Source: a bacterium (lineage in GTDB: Bacteria; Patescibacteriota; Minisyncoccia; UBA6257; JACOXY01). From it: a DNA stretch of 41,035 bases. The DNA is taken from assembly GCA_030680955.1 (NCBI GenBank), contig JAUXUB010000016.1, forward strand, positions 1 through 41,035, read 5' to 3'. The notes under the pieces are model-generated. The model was not told where the DNA came from. It worked only from the letters and a program-made list of their open reading frames with translations, and searched no databases. Position numbers and translations under genes: made by a program. Within the stretch, counting starts at the first letter, position 1; each line of letters opens with the position of its first letter. This document shows positions 6,525-14,726 of this stretch, one piece after another.

Positions 6525-8183
6525 TTAGTCTAGTTTTTGTGCTTTGATTGCTTTGGTAACAGCATTCGCTATTGCGGTCTGTCCTTTTAGAGTTGGGTGC
6601 GGCATACAATTTACAAAATATTTAAAACTGTATATATCGTTATCCTTATTTCCTTTTTCAATCATTGGCGTGCTGTCAATCTCATGTGGAAAAGCGCAAT
6701 ATCCTGGCAAAGCATTTTTGTATTCATATTTAATAGTAAGAACTAAAGTTCTTAAAAAAGTAATATCTGCATCTATCGATGGTCCATAAACAAAAGACTT
6801 CGATTTTTGACATAAGTCGTGACCATTGAAATCTAGTGGGACTACGTGGACATTAGGATAAAATTCTGCCGCGTCTTTGATAGTACCATTTAATTTTTGA
6901 ATCACTCTATTTGCAAATGAATAAGTATTAGTCTGGAAGTACGATGACATCAATTTAAGATCTGATTCCAAAGGGATTCGTCCATTTTGAAGAAAAATTG
7001 CATTTGCGGCGATAGGATAATAAAATTCCTTACACAATTTATCCGTATCCCTTGGAAATGGATTGTAATAAAGCGTAACAAATACATCTGCCGGATACAA
7101 AAAGCCAAAAATGATATTTAGATTTTCTTTTAGAAGCGCTAGTCTTTCATTGAGTTTAGGATTATCTGGCCAACAAGGATTAGCTAATGGATTGTCAAGA
7201 AAATCACTATTTAGCCATTTCTCCATGCATTCTCCAAAATTAATATCATTTGCACCAACGGTGAGAGTAACAATTTTGGGAAAACTCTCATATGCGTCTA
7301 AAAGTTGATTTTCTATAACAGAATGACAAGAGTTATCAGTTGAGCTCCAATCACCATGCATACAAGTGTTTTGGCAATCGGGAGTCCAATTTTCTGCACA
7401 GTTTTGCTCACAATGACGCTTACAATTACCAGAGATTGATCCGCTTATTGCAAAATTCATACCAAAATATTTTTTACTTTTACCCCAACCAAGAGCAACT
7501 TGTCTGCCATAGGAACTATTATTGCCATCTGGACCATGCCCATAACCAGCCGCAATAGAATCTCCAACATTAACAATACGAGACTCTCTAATAACGCCAA
7601 TCAACTCAGCAGTTTGATACCGATATTCTAAAACAGTTAATTTATTGATTATTTTTGGTATTCCATAGTCACCAATAACCTGAAATCCAAGAACCTCAAA
7701 AACATAAGTTCTACCATTTAATTTTATTTTACTTTTTGGTGTTTCGCTAGGAAATACAACAGAATCCGCATTGTATTCAGGATTACTATATCTATTTGGT
7801 GTTGTAATAATAGTAAATTTTTCTTTAAAATTTCCAATATATGCTAAAGGTAAAATTAGCTCAACTCCAATATTAAACTGAACACTATCAGCTTGCTTTG
7901 CACCTTCTCCATTATAGTAATACAGGGTCCCCATCGAAAAAGGCACGTTAATATCAGCTTCAATTAATTTATTGTTTGTAAAAGAAAGATAACTTGGAAA
8001 TCCTCCTGGTACCGCATTACCCCATTTGAAAAGACTTGTTCCCACTCCACTAACGACAGCATTGGATGGTGTTGGTTTAGTAAAGCTTACTGATACTTTT
8101 CCTTGAATGGTCGAGGCTTCTAACGGTCTGAAACCTACAAGAACTAGTGAAATCGCAACCAAATAAATTCCAGATTTCTTCAT
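6525..8183 (-). CDS. Secreted SGNH/GDSL-type hydrolase with N-terminal beta-rich domain and a Cys-rich insert
   Basis: Signal peptide MKKSGIYLVAISLVLVGF. Block I is VNVGDSIAAGYG and block III is LTVGANDI. A Cys-rich stretch reads NCKRHCEQNCAENWTPDCQNTCMHG. Confidence 0.6.
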   Translation of the reverse strand: MKKSGIYLVAISLVLVGFRPLEASTIQGKVSVSFTKPTPSNAVVSGVGTSLFKWGNAVPGGFPSYLSFTNNKLIEADINVPFSMGTLYYYNGEGAKQADSVQFNIGVELILPLAYIGNFKEKFTIITTPNRYSNPEYNADSVVFPSETPKSKIKLNGRTYVFEVLGFQVIGDYGIPKIINKLTVLEYRYQTAELIGVIRESRIVNVGDSIAAGYGHGPDGNNSSYGRQVALGWGKSKKYFGMNFAISGSISGNCKRHCEQNCAENWTPDCQNTCMHGDWSSTDNSCHSVIENQLLDAYESFPKIVTLTVGANDINFGECMEKWLNSDFLDNPLANPCWPDNPKLNERLALLKENLNIIFGFLYPADVFVTLYYNPFPRDTDKLCKEFYYPIAANAIFLQNGRIPLESDLKLMSSYFQTNTYSFANRVIQKLNGTIKDAAEFYPNVHVVPLDFNGHDLCQKSKSFVYGPSIDADITFLRTLVLTIKYEYKNALPGYCAFPHEIDSTPMIEKGNKDNDIYSFKYFVNCMPHPTLKGQTAIANAVTKAIKAQKLD

Positions 8184-8273
8184 GACCTCTTACTCCTTTT
8201 TCAAACTCCTGCCCAATGCAGAAGGTACTGCCGCAAACTATAACATTACTCTATCAAATGTCAAATTTTTCAC

Positions 8274-8298
8274 AAAAAAACGCCTTTTGGCGTTTTTT
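8274..8298 (-). terminator. Bidirectional-looking terminator downstream of ORF 8340-8888
   Basis: AAAAAAA-CGCC-TTTT-GGCG-TTTTTT. Confidence 0.65.
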
Positions 8299-8339
8299 GT
8301 TAACCTTTATATGAAGTGCGCTTCAGAATCTATCTAGAA

Positions 8340-8888
8340 TTATTTTCCAATAGCTACAGTTACAGTTACGGGTGCTTTTTCTGCACTTACAATCTGTACG
8401 GTAAGAGTCATTGTTCCTTTTTTGCCTGACATCAATGTCATTTGACCAGCAGTCATAGATTCTTCAACTTTCCAACCATTTTTTGACAACTCGTTTTTAT
8501 AAAAATCCGTAACTTGCTGTACACTATCAGTCGTTGTAAATGTTACTACTGCTCCTTCGTCTCCACTCTCTGGATTAGTTGAACCAGAAAACTGAATTTG
8601 AGCATTGCCATATTTTGGCGCATCTGATGGCCAATTATCCGGATAGGTATTTTTACCAACAGTTACCGAGCCATCTTTGGTAGTATAAGTACCCGAACCA
8701 TCTAAATTCGTATCAACATTCACTCCTCCTGGAAGACCAATAATGCTCCGTCCTGGCATTCCATAACTACCTCCCCTTCCAAACATCCAAGCCAACCCTA
8801 CTATAACGACTATAGCAACAACGATATACGTATTCTTCTTTGAAGAATCCGTCTTTGCGGTTTCTTTTTGTGTTTCTTGATTATCCAT
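8340..8888 (-). CDS. Membrane-anchored hypothetical protein
   Basis: N-terminal TM segment (YIVVAIVVIVGLAWMF) followed by a soluble domain. No family recognised. Confidence 0.5.
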   Translation of the reverse strand: MDNQETQKETAKTDSSKKNTYIVVAIVVIVGLAWMFGRGGSYGMPGRSIIGLPGGVNVDTNLDGSGTYTTKDGSVTVGKNTYPDNWPSDAPKYGNAQIQFSGSTNPESGDEGAVVTFTTTDSVQQVTDFYKNELSKNGWKVEESMTAGQMTLMSGKKGTMTLTVQIVSAEKAPVTVTVAIGK

Positions 8889-8942
8889 GAATATTTTATT
8901 TCAATCAATTTTAGTTACTTAATCAAAAGTATCCATAAAATT

Positions 8943-9308
8943 TTACTTAATTATTCCGTCGAAAAACTTTGAAAATTGCCCAATTATTGGTAACTCCACT
9001 TCCTTTACATTAATTACATTAATTATTGCAATGATTGAAAACGCAATCGCGCCCAATTGGACAATAATTATAAATGGAGCAAGCATCCAAAACATACTCG
9101 CAATAATGAAAACAACTACCTCTAACGCAAATAATACTAAACCTTGCTTTACGTGAAACTTAACAAATTTATTTTCTTTCTCAGTTAAAATTGGAATTAT
9201 TACTAAAATTCCAATGTAAGCAAGAATACCCATCAAAGTTTGATTGTCAGACTTAGGCTGTTGCGCCTGCTGACCACCACTAGAATTATTTTGATTTTGT
9301 TCTTCCAT
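8943..9308 (-). CDS. Small integral membrane protein, DUF4870-like
   Basis: The pattern ...LAYIGILVIIPIL...KFHVKQGLVLF... and three TM segments resemble DUF4870 proteins, recalled from memory. Confidence 0.5.
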   Translation of the reverse strand: MEEQNQNNSSGGQQAQQPKSDNQTLMGILAYIGILVIIPILTEKENKFVKFHVKQGLVLFALEVVVFIIASMFWMLAPFIIIVQLGAIAFSIIAIINVINVKEVELPIIGQFSKFFDGIIK

Positions 9309-9316
9309 ATTTTTTT

Positions 9317-9392
9317 ACCCGCCTATGTTTTTGATCTCGCCCTCCCAAACTTTTTTAAAAGTTTAGGAGGGTAAACAAAAATATTGGTGGGT
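9317..9392. repeat. 76-bp two-tier palindrome immediately upstream of ORF 8943-9308
   Basis: Outer arms ACCCGCCTATGTTTTTG / CAAAAATATTGGTGGGT. Inner arms CCCTCCCAAACTTTT / AAAAGTTTAGGAGGG. The motif TTTACCCGCCTAWGTTT recurs at 36030-36046. Confidence 0.55.
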
Positions 9393-9485
9393 GAATTTAT
9401 TATTTATTAATAATCTTTGACCTTTCTAAGTATATTATATCAAACTTGGTAAATTTATAGCAAGTTACTGTTGCAACAAATTAAG

Positions 9486-9521
9486 CAAAAAAAAATAGAT
9501 ACGGAAAAAATTTCCCGCATC
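9486..9521 (-). terminator. Rho-independent terminator of ORF 9532-10008
   Basis: The minus strand reads AGATGCGGG-AAATTTTTT-CCGTATCT followed by ATTTTTTTT. Confidence 0.6.
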
Positions 9522-9531
9522 TATAAATTAG

Positions 9532-10008
9532 CTAAATATTACGCAAAGTAATCATTAAAAATGTAAATGTAAAAGTATCTTTTACTGCAAATGGGTTTTT
9601 ATCGTCTACGAGCTTTATGAAAATAACGATTACTTTATTATTAGTATCATCGGTATTAATATCAAAGTCGGCGGCAATATGAGCGCCATTATATCGACTA
9701 TATGAATGATCTTTCTGAACAACCCAGGATGTGTTTGTGCCATCTCCCTGCTCTCTGATTTGAAAGTAAATTTTCCCAGCTCTAGAAGAATATACACGAC
9801 ATTTTAAACCAGTCTTTAAATCAAGATATATTGAATATCCAAAATTTCTAGCACTATAAACTCCACTTTTTGTTATAAATCCTTGGGGAGAAAAAGCCTG
9901 AATATTCAATCCTTTTGAACAATCAAACAATGAGCCAATCGCAGGTTTTGGAAAACCAAGAAGAGATAAGGATACTGCCATTGCTATCATCATTTTCAAC
10001 ATGCGCAA
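9532..10008 (-). CDS. Secreted hypothetical protein
   Basis: Signal-peptide-like N-terminus MLKMMIAMAVSLSLLGFP. No family recognised. Confidence 0.45.
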   Translation of the reverse strand: MRMLKMMIAMAVSLSLLGFPKPAIGSLFDCSKGLNIQAFSPQGFITKSGVYSARNFGYSIYLDLKTGLKCRVYSSRAGKIYFQIREQGDGTNTSWVVQKDHSYSRYNGAHIAADFDINTDDTNNKVIVIFIKLVDDKNPFAVKDTFTFTFLMITLRNI

Positions 10009-10106
10009 CTCCTTTCGAAACCTATTTCACAGTACTTCAATTAATTAAATCAGCTAAATTTAGTGTATCCTATAATAGATCGAAATCAAATGTGCAGGCT
10101 CTGGGA

Positions 10107-10655
10107 CTATGTTGGATCCTGTTTACTTAAATAAACTAACGTATCATAACCATTTAAAACTCGATCTTCCTTATCAACCCCTAAACTCATAAGAAAGCTG
10201 AACATTTCGTTTTGAACTTGCTCCGAGTCTTCGTCTGTAATTTTTTCAACTTCGATAAACGATCCGAGGGTTTCAACTTCATCAAGACAAATTTCATAAT
10301 CTTTATACTTTGTCTTTCTTCTCACTTTTATAACTTCAACCGCCTTGTGATATCCCATAAGTATTAAAATATCTTCCATTTCTTGTTCATTATTGATCTC
10401 AAGTTCTTTTTCAATTCCTTCCAACTCATTCACAAGAGATTGTTTCAATGTGAACAAAATTTTATCGCCACTCTTTCTGATACGCAAAAAGTTGACACCA
10501 GGCTTAAAATCAGCAAATTCCTTATCGGGGAAATTAGTATAAATGCCATCCACTTGTCGCGCGGGTTCTGAAAGTGATACTCCAAGCGCCGAGAGTCGAG
10601 AGATGAGCGATTGAATATTTTTTACTTTTGCCTTTACTTCAATTTCTTTTTTCAT
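10107..10655 (-). CDS. CYTH-domain protein (class IV adenylyl cyclase / triphosphate tunnel metalloenzyme family)
   Basis: N-terminal EIEVKAKV signature, about 180 aa, with alternating charged beta strands typical of CyaB/ThTPase. Confidence 0.7.
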   Translation of the reverse strand: MKKEIEVKAKVKNIQSLISRLSALGVSLSEPARQVDGIYTNFPDKEFADFKPGVNFLRIRKSGDKILFTLKQSLVNELEGIEKELEINNEQEMEDILILMGYHKAVEVIKVRRKTKYKDYEICLDEVETLGSFIEVEKITDEDSEQVQNEMFSFLMSLGVDKEDRVLNGYDTLVYLSKQDPT

Positions 10656-10666
10656 AAAGTCATTTG

Positions 10667-10749
10667 TGCGCGGGACAGGAGTTGAACCTGCATGCCCTTT
10701 CGAGCGCTACCACCTCAAGGTAGTGCGTCTGCCGTTTCGCCACCCGCGC
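10667..10749 (-). tRNA. tRNA-Leu (anticodon GAG), type II with long variable arm, no encoded CCA
   Basis: The minus strand reads GCGCGGG TG GCG-AAACGGCAGA-CGC A CTACC-TTGAGGT-GGTAG, then long arm GCTCGAAAGGGC, then GCAGG-TTCAACT-CCTGT CCCGCGC A. Confidence 0.85.
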
Positions 10750-10825
10750 ATATATTTTTACTTATACAATTTTAATATTATAGAGATAACTTCTTTTAAT
10801 TACAAGACATTTATGCCTTATAAAT

Positions 10826-11485
10826 TTACAACCCCCCAAACGCCAATGAAAGGAGATCAAGTCCTGAAGTAATAGAAAATATATAAATAGCAAACGTTAT
10901 GAGATAGCTTATTATATTTGTAAAAAATACTACTGCTATTAAAATTACAAATCCCCAGGTTTCAAAAAATGGAGCTATTCTTCTAAAAGAAAATGGAGCA
11001 ATGCTTTCAAAAATTCTATAACCATCAAGTGGTGCGATAGGAACTAGATTAAAAATAAATAGACCAATATTTATAAATACTATAAACGCTAAAAATCTAA
11101 CTGCGACATTAGTAGGATCAAGTCCTATAACAGAAAGTAGAATATGAAGACCTAAAACAGAACTAATCGCAAAAAGTAAATTCATACCGATACCAGCGAA
11201 AGAAACAATGGCACTACCAAGACGACCCTTTTGAATTAAATATGGATTTATTGGTACTGGTTTTGCCCAACCAAAACCAACCAAAAAAAGCATAATTGTG
11301 CCTAACGGATCAAGATGTGCAAGCGGATTTAATGTTAACCTACCAGACATTTCAGCGGTATTATCTCCAAGCTTAAAAGCCGCAAAACCATGAGCAAATT
11401 CATGAATTGTTATACTTAAAACAAGTGCAGTTATCCAAGGTATTATTAGTATTGGATCGCCACTAAATAAACGATAGAATGCCAT
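10826..11485 (-). CDS. Site-2 protease family (peptidase M50) membrane metalloprotease
   Basis: HEFAHG zinc motif and NLVPIAPLDG motif. Polytopic membrane protein. Confidence 0.75.
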   Translation of the reverse strand: MAFYRLFSGDPILIIPWITALVLSITIHEFAHGFAAFKLGDNTAEMSGRLTLNPLAHLDPLGTIMLFLVGFGWAKPVPINPYLIQKGRLGSAIVSFAGIGMNLLFAISSVLGLHILLSVIGLDPTNVAVRFLAFIVFINIGLFIFNLVPIAPLDGYRIFESIAPFSFRRIAPFFETWGFVILIAVVFFTNIISYLITFAIYIFSITSGLDLLSLAFGGL

Positions 11486-11537
11486 AAAAACTATTGCATT
11501 AATTGTATCCCTGTATTATACTTGAAAAACATTAAAT

Positions 11538-11599
11538 CATAAAATCTCAAGATCATTAAATCAATTGATCTTGTGCTCTAGTGCTCTTGTGATTTCATG
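11538..11599. repeat. About 60-bp palindromic intergenic motif, copy A
   Basis: CATAAAATCTCAAGATCATTAAATCAA...GTGCTCTAGTGCTCTTGTGATTTCATG. Homologous to 38783-38837. Confidence 0.55.
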
Positions 11600-11611
11600 T
11601 TCTAATAATAT

Positions 11612-11800
11612 ATGCGACAATGTCAAAAATGTGGAAAAGGACCTAAAATGGGTGGCACGAGGATACTTCTTCGTGGTCATTATAATCCTACAAATTGGCT
11701 TCAGAAAAAGCCAAATTTACAAAAAACTCGTCTTGCAGACGGTACAAGATCTCTTATCTGCACGCAGTGTCAACGCACACTAGTCAAAAAGCCTCGCTAA
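11612..11800 (+). CDS. rpmB: 50S ribosomal protein L28
   Basis: 62 aa: MRQCQKCGKGPKMGGTRILLRGHYNPTNWLQKKPNLQKTRL...ICTQCQRTL. Size and the R-x-C-x(2)-C-G-K ... PNLQ pattern fit bL28. Confidence 0.7.
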   Translation: MRQCQKCGKGPKMGGTRILLRGHYNPTNWLQKKPNLQKTRLADGTRSLICTQCQRTLVKKPR

Positions 11801-11873
11801 TGGTTCGATGGAGCTACTTCGACAAGCTCAGTATAAATCACCACAGGTGGGCTTTTTTGTTTTTTTAATATAA

Positions 11874-12027
11874 TACCATCCCCAATTAACCACTACTCTT
11901 TTAATCTCGTCTTTGCGAGGAGGAACGACGAAGCAATCCAGATTTATCCCATTATTTCCTGGATTGCCGCGGGCTTCGCCCTCGCAATGACAAAAGTCTT
12001 ATAGGAAGTGGTTAATTGAGGATGGTA
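11874..12027 (-). mobile_element. 154-bp multi-hairpin MITE, copy 4 (orientation B)
   Basis: Near-identical to copy 2, with TA at both ends. It lies between rpmB and tRNA-Pro. Confidence 0.85.
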
Positions 12028-12031
12028 TAAT
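12023..12031 (+). promoter_or_regulatory. TGGTATAAT at the MITE copy 4 right junction, 30 nt upstream of tRNA-Pro(GGG)
   Basis: GGATGG|TA|TAATAAAG. The spacing is compatible with a short tRNA leader. Confidence 0.5.
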
Positions 12032-12060
12032 AAAGTAGACTTAAGATATTATAAAATTAC

Positions 12061-12134
12061 CGGAGTATGGGGTAGTGGTAGCCCGCGTGCATGGGGTGCA
12101 TGCAGCCTCGGTTCAATTCCGGGTACTCCGACCA
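12061..12134 (+). tRNA. tRNA-Pro (anticodon GGG), CCA encoded
   Basis: CGGAGTA TG GGGT-AGTGGTA-GCCC G CGTGC-ATGGGGT-GCATG CAGC CTCGG-TTCAATT-CCGGG TACTCCG A CCA. D and T loops are canonical. Confidence 0.85.
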
Positions 12135-12144
12135 ATAGCGCTTA

Positions 12145-12570
12145 CTAAATATTTTCGTAATGATTTAGAGTGCAATTCTTTAAAAGCTCTGACTCTTTAA
12201 AGTCTGAATAATTTTCTGGTACCGTTATAGCAATTGCGTCCAATCGCCAGCCCATTTTGTTATTTACTAAATCCCCTTTCTCGCCAACATAAAGTTGCGC
12301 GGTGCGTTTAAATTTTTTAATCTTTGAACTTGTCATTTGATCTTCGGCGGTCGGTTTCCAGTTATGATTCGTGCCAATTGCTTGCGGTGAGCTATGTCGA
12401 ACCGTTTTTACCTCAACAAACACTAAAGTTTTATCTTTTGCTTTTGCGATAATATCAATTTCTCCCCACGGCTTTCTATAGTTTCTCTCTAGTATTTTAT
12501 ATTTCTTATTTTCTAAATATTTACAGGCAATATCTTCACCAAGATTACCTAATTCTGATCTTTGCGTCAT
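12145..12570 (-). CDS. yraN: YraN family (UPF0102) endonuclease-like protein
   Basis: GEDIACKYLENKKYKILERNYR..GEIDIIA...VFVEVKT is the typical YraN core. It carries an insert between the core strands. Confidence 0.75.
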   Translation of the reverse strand: MTQRSELGNLGEDIACKYLENKKYKILERNYRKPWGEIDIIAKAKDKTLVFVEVKTVRHSSPQAIGTNHNWKPTAEDQMTSSKIKKFKRTAQLYVGEKGDLVNNKMGWRLDAIAITVPENYSDFKESELLKNCTLNHYENI

Positions 12571-12599
12571 ATACTTTATTTATTAACATATCTACAAAT

Positions 12600-13844
12600 T
12601 TACTCATATCTTAAAGCCTCAATTGGGCTCTTGCGAGATGCTTGACGGGCGGGATAAATTCCAAAGATAAGCCCAACTAAGGCAGAAACCGCGACTGCTA
12701 AGACTGCGGCACCTATCGGAAAAACAAATGCCCAATTTAGATTAGCGTAATTAGTTAAAATAATTGATGCAATATAACCAAATAATGCACCAAGCATAAT
12801 TCCAATAAAACCACCAATTCCAGTTAACATTACGGCTTCTAATAAAAATTGATTTAAAATATCTTTATTTGTGGCACCAAGTGCCTTTCTTAGGCCTATT
12901 TCACGAGTGCGCTCTGTAACCGAAACCAACATTATATTCATAACGCCTATCCCGCCCACAACAAGCGCAATAGCTACAACCGAAGAAAGAAAAGTGGTAA
13001 GCGCTCCAATTATTGTTGTGATTTGTTTGATTGCCGCTTGTTGAGTAACAATAAAAAAATCATCTTTTATTGGATCAGTTATGTTGTGCGATTCTCGCAA
13101 AGTTAATTCTATATCTTGAACTGTTCTTGCGACTGCTTCAGGCGAAGATGCTTTTAAAATAATTTCATGAAAATAATCTGTTCCAAGTAAATAAGTTTGA
13201 GCTGTAGAATAAGGAATCATAATTAATTCATCAAAATTCAAAAATGCTACTTGTCCCTTTGATGGCAATACGCCCTGCACTCTAAATTTTTTACCCTTTA
13301 TTGTTATATTTTCACCCACCGCATCGGAATAGCCAAATAATTTTTCTTTTACCTTATAACCAATTACTGCAACACTTGCTTTTTCTCTAATAGAATTTTC
13401 ATCAAATAGAGTGCCCGTCTCAGGATATATATTAAAAGCCTTCGCAAAAAACTCTATTGAACCGCCAATTATTTGAGGGCTATAAGTCTCACCTTTATAA
13501 GAAACACCACCTGGAACTATAAGAATGGGCATAATATCAACCAACTCTGGTACATTACTTTTCTTTTTTAATGCTTCCAAATCCTTAATCTTGAGAGAAT
13601 CGGCAAAAATAGTAGCACCTATATCGGATAATCCCGATGGCTCTCTTCCTGGACGAATAACTATGGTTTCAGTTCCTAGTCCACTAATCTCTCCTAAAAT
13701 TAGATTCTCCGCTCCCGAACCAATAGAAACCATAAGCATTATTCCTGTAATACCAATTACAATACCTAACACAGTAAGCGCCGAACGTGATTTATGAGAT
13801 GTAACACCGTTTATAGCAATTTTTAAAGTATGTTTTATAGACAT
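12600..13844 (-). CDS. ABC transporter permease, MacB/FtsX type
   Basis: N-terminal TM segment, a large periplasmic domain, and a C-terminal FtsX 4-TM module ending ...YPARQASRKSPIEALRYE. Confidence 0.85.
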   Translation of the reverse strand: MSIKHTLKIAINGVTSHKSRSALTVLGIVIGITGIMLMVSIGSGAENLILGEISGLGTETIVIRPGREPSGLSDIGATIFADSLKIKDLEALKKKSNVPELVDIMPILIVPGGVSYKGETYSPQIIGGSIEFFAKAFNIYPETGTLFDENSIREKASVAVIGYKVKEKLFGYSDAVGENITIKGKKFRVQGVLPSKGQVAFLNFDELIMIPYSTAQTYLLGTDYFHEIILKASSPEAVARTVQDIELTLRESHNITDPIKDDFFIVTQQAAIKQITTIIGALTTFLSSVVAIALVVGGIGVMNIMLVSVTERTREIGLRKALGATNKDILNQFLLEAVMLTGIGGFIGIMLGALFGYIASIILTNYANLNWAFVFPIGAAVLAVAVSALVGLIFGIYPARQASRKSPIEALRYE

Positions 13845-13901
13845 ATTAGAAATTCTTTAATTTTTTGAGTGATAGCGATAAAATATTATTAGAATTTGTT
13901 A

Positions 13902-13937
13902 TACCGAGCACATAATTTCTCTATTATGTGCTCGGTA
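13902..13937. repeat. Perfect 15-bp-stem hairpin inside the ABC operon spacer
   Basis: TACCGAGCACATAAT-TTCTCT-ATTATGTGCTCGGTA, followed by the G+C-rich stretch 13940-13990. Confidence 0.7.
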
Positions 13938-13992
13938 AGGTTTTGCAACCGCTCGAAGTGCGCCTTCTGGCTTCCTCTCGCGGGCAAAGCCC

Positions 13993-14712
13993 TTACTTAT
14001 TAAAATTCTGCTTAGCATTATGTCTGTGGGCCACTTTAGTATCATGTACTATTTCTCCGTCTTTAAATTCAATAATTCTTTCGGCATGCTCTGCTGTATA
14101 AGTTTCATGAGTAATTAAAACCACGGTATGTTCCCTTTTCTCACTAAGTTCCTGCAAGATTTCCATTACGAGTCGCCCAGATTTTGAATCTAAATTTCCC
14201 GTTGGTTCATCCGCAAAGATAACTTCAGGTTGCATGACGAGCGCCCTTGCAATGGCCACTCTTTGTTTTTCTCCACCAGATAATTGTGAAGACTCGTGAT
14301 TTAATCTGTGGCTCAAACCAACAGACTCTATCGCTTCTCTTGCGCGTTTATCCCATGATAACTCAGCGATATTTGAGTACATCAGTGGCAATTTAACATT
14401 TTCTAAAACCGTTGTCCTCGCAAGAAGATTAAAAGCTTGAAAAACAAAACCCATCTTAGTGTTTCTAATTTTTGCAAGCTCATCTTCGGTATAATCATCT
14501 ATAGTTTTCCCATCAAATTTATAAGTACCCGATGTGTGTCTTTCTAAAAAACCTAAAATATGTAGCAACGTAGACTTTCCACATCCCGAAGGTCCTATAA
14601 CCGCTACAAATTCTCCTTTATTAATTGAAAAGGTGGCATCACTAAGCGCCACTGTTTCAGACTCACCTTCATCGTAAACTTTTTTTAATTTTATTGCCTC
14701 AATTATAGGCAT
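13993..14712 (-). CDS. ABC transporter ATP-binding protein (MacB/LolD-like)
   Basis: Walker A GPSGCGKST, signature LSGGEKQR, Walker B VIFADEPT. Confidence 0.9.
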   Translation of the reverse strand: MPIIEAIKLKKVYDEGESETVALSDATFSINKGEFVAVIGPSGCGKSTLLHILGFLERHTSGTYKFDGKTIDDYTEDELAKIRNTKMGFVFQAFNLLARTTVLENVKLPLMYSNIAELSWDKRAREAIESVGLSHRLNHESSQLSGGEKQRVAIARALVMQPEVIFADEPTGNLDSKSGRLVMEILQELSEKREHTVVLITHETYTAEHAERIIEFKDGEIVHDTKVAHRHNAKQNFNK

Positions 14713-14726
14713 AGTAAGGATCTTAA

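Noticed and set aside
6544-7558. Plus-strand ORFs 6544-6789, 7111-7308 and 7340-7558
   Set aside because: They lie entirely antisense within the 552-aa SGNH hydrolase gene, have no initiation signals and give low-complexity translations.
10666-10872. 68-aa plus-strand ORF
   Set aside because: It is the antisense of tRNA-Leu(GAG) plus the 3' end of the M50 protease gene. It has no initiation signals.
11565-11783. 72-aa ORF overlapping rpmB in another frame
   Set aside because: The overlapping frame 11612-11800 encodes a recognisable L28. The alternative frame starts inside the palindromic repeat and has no family resemblance.
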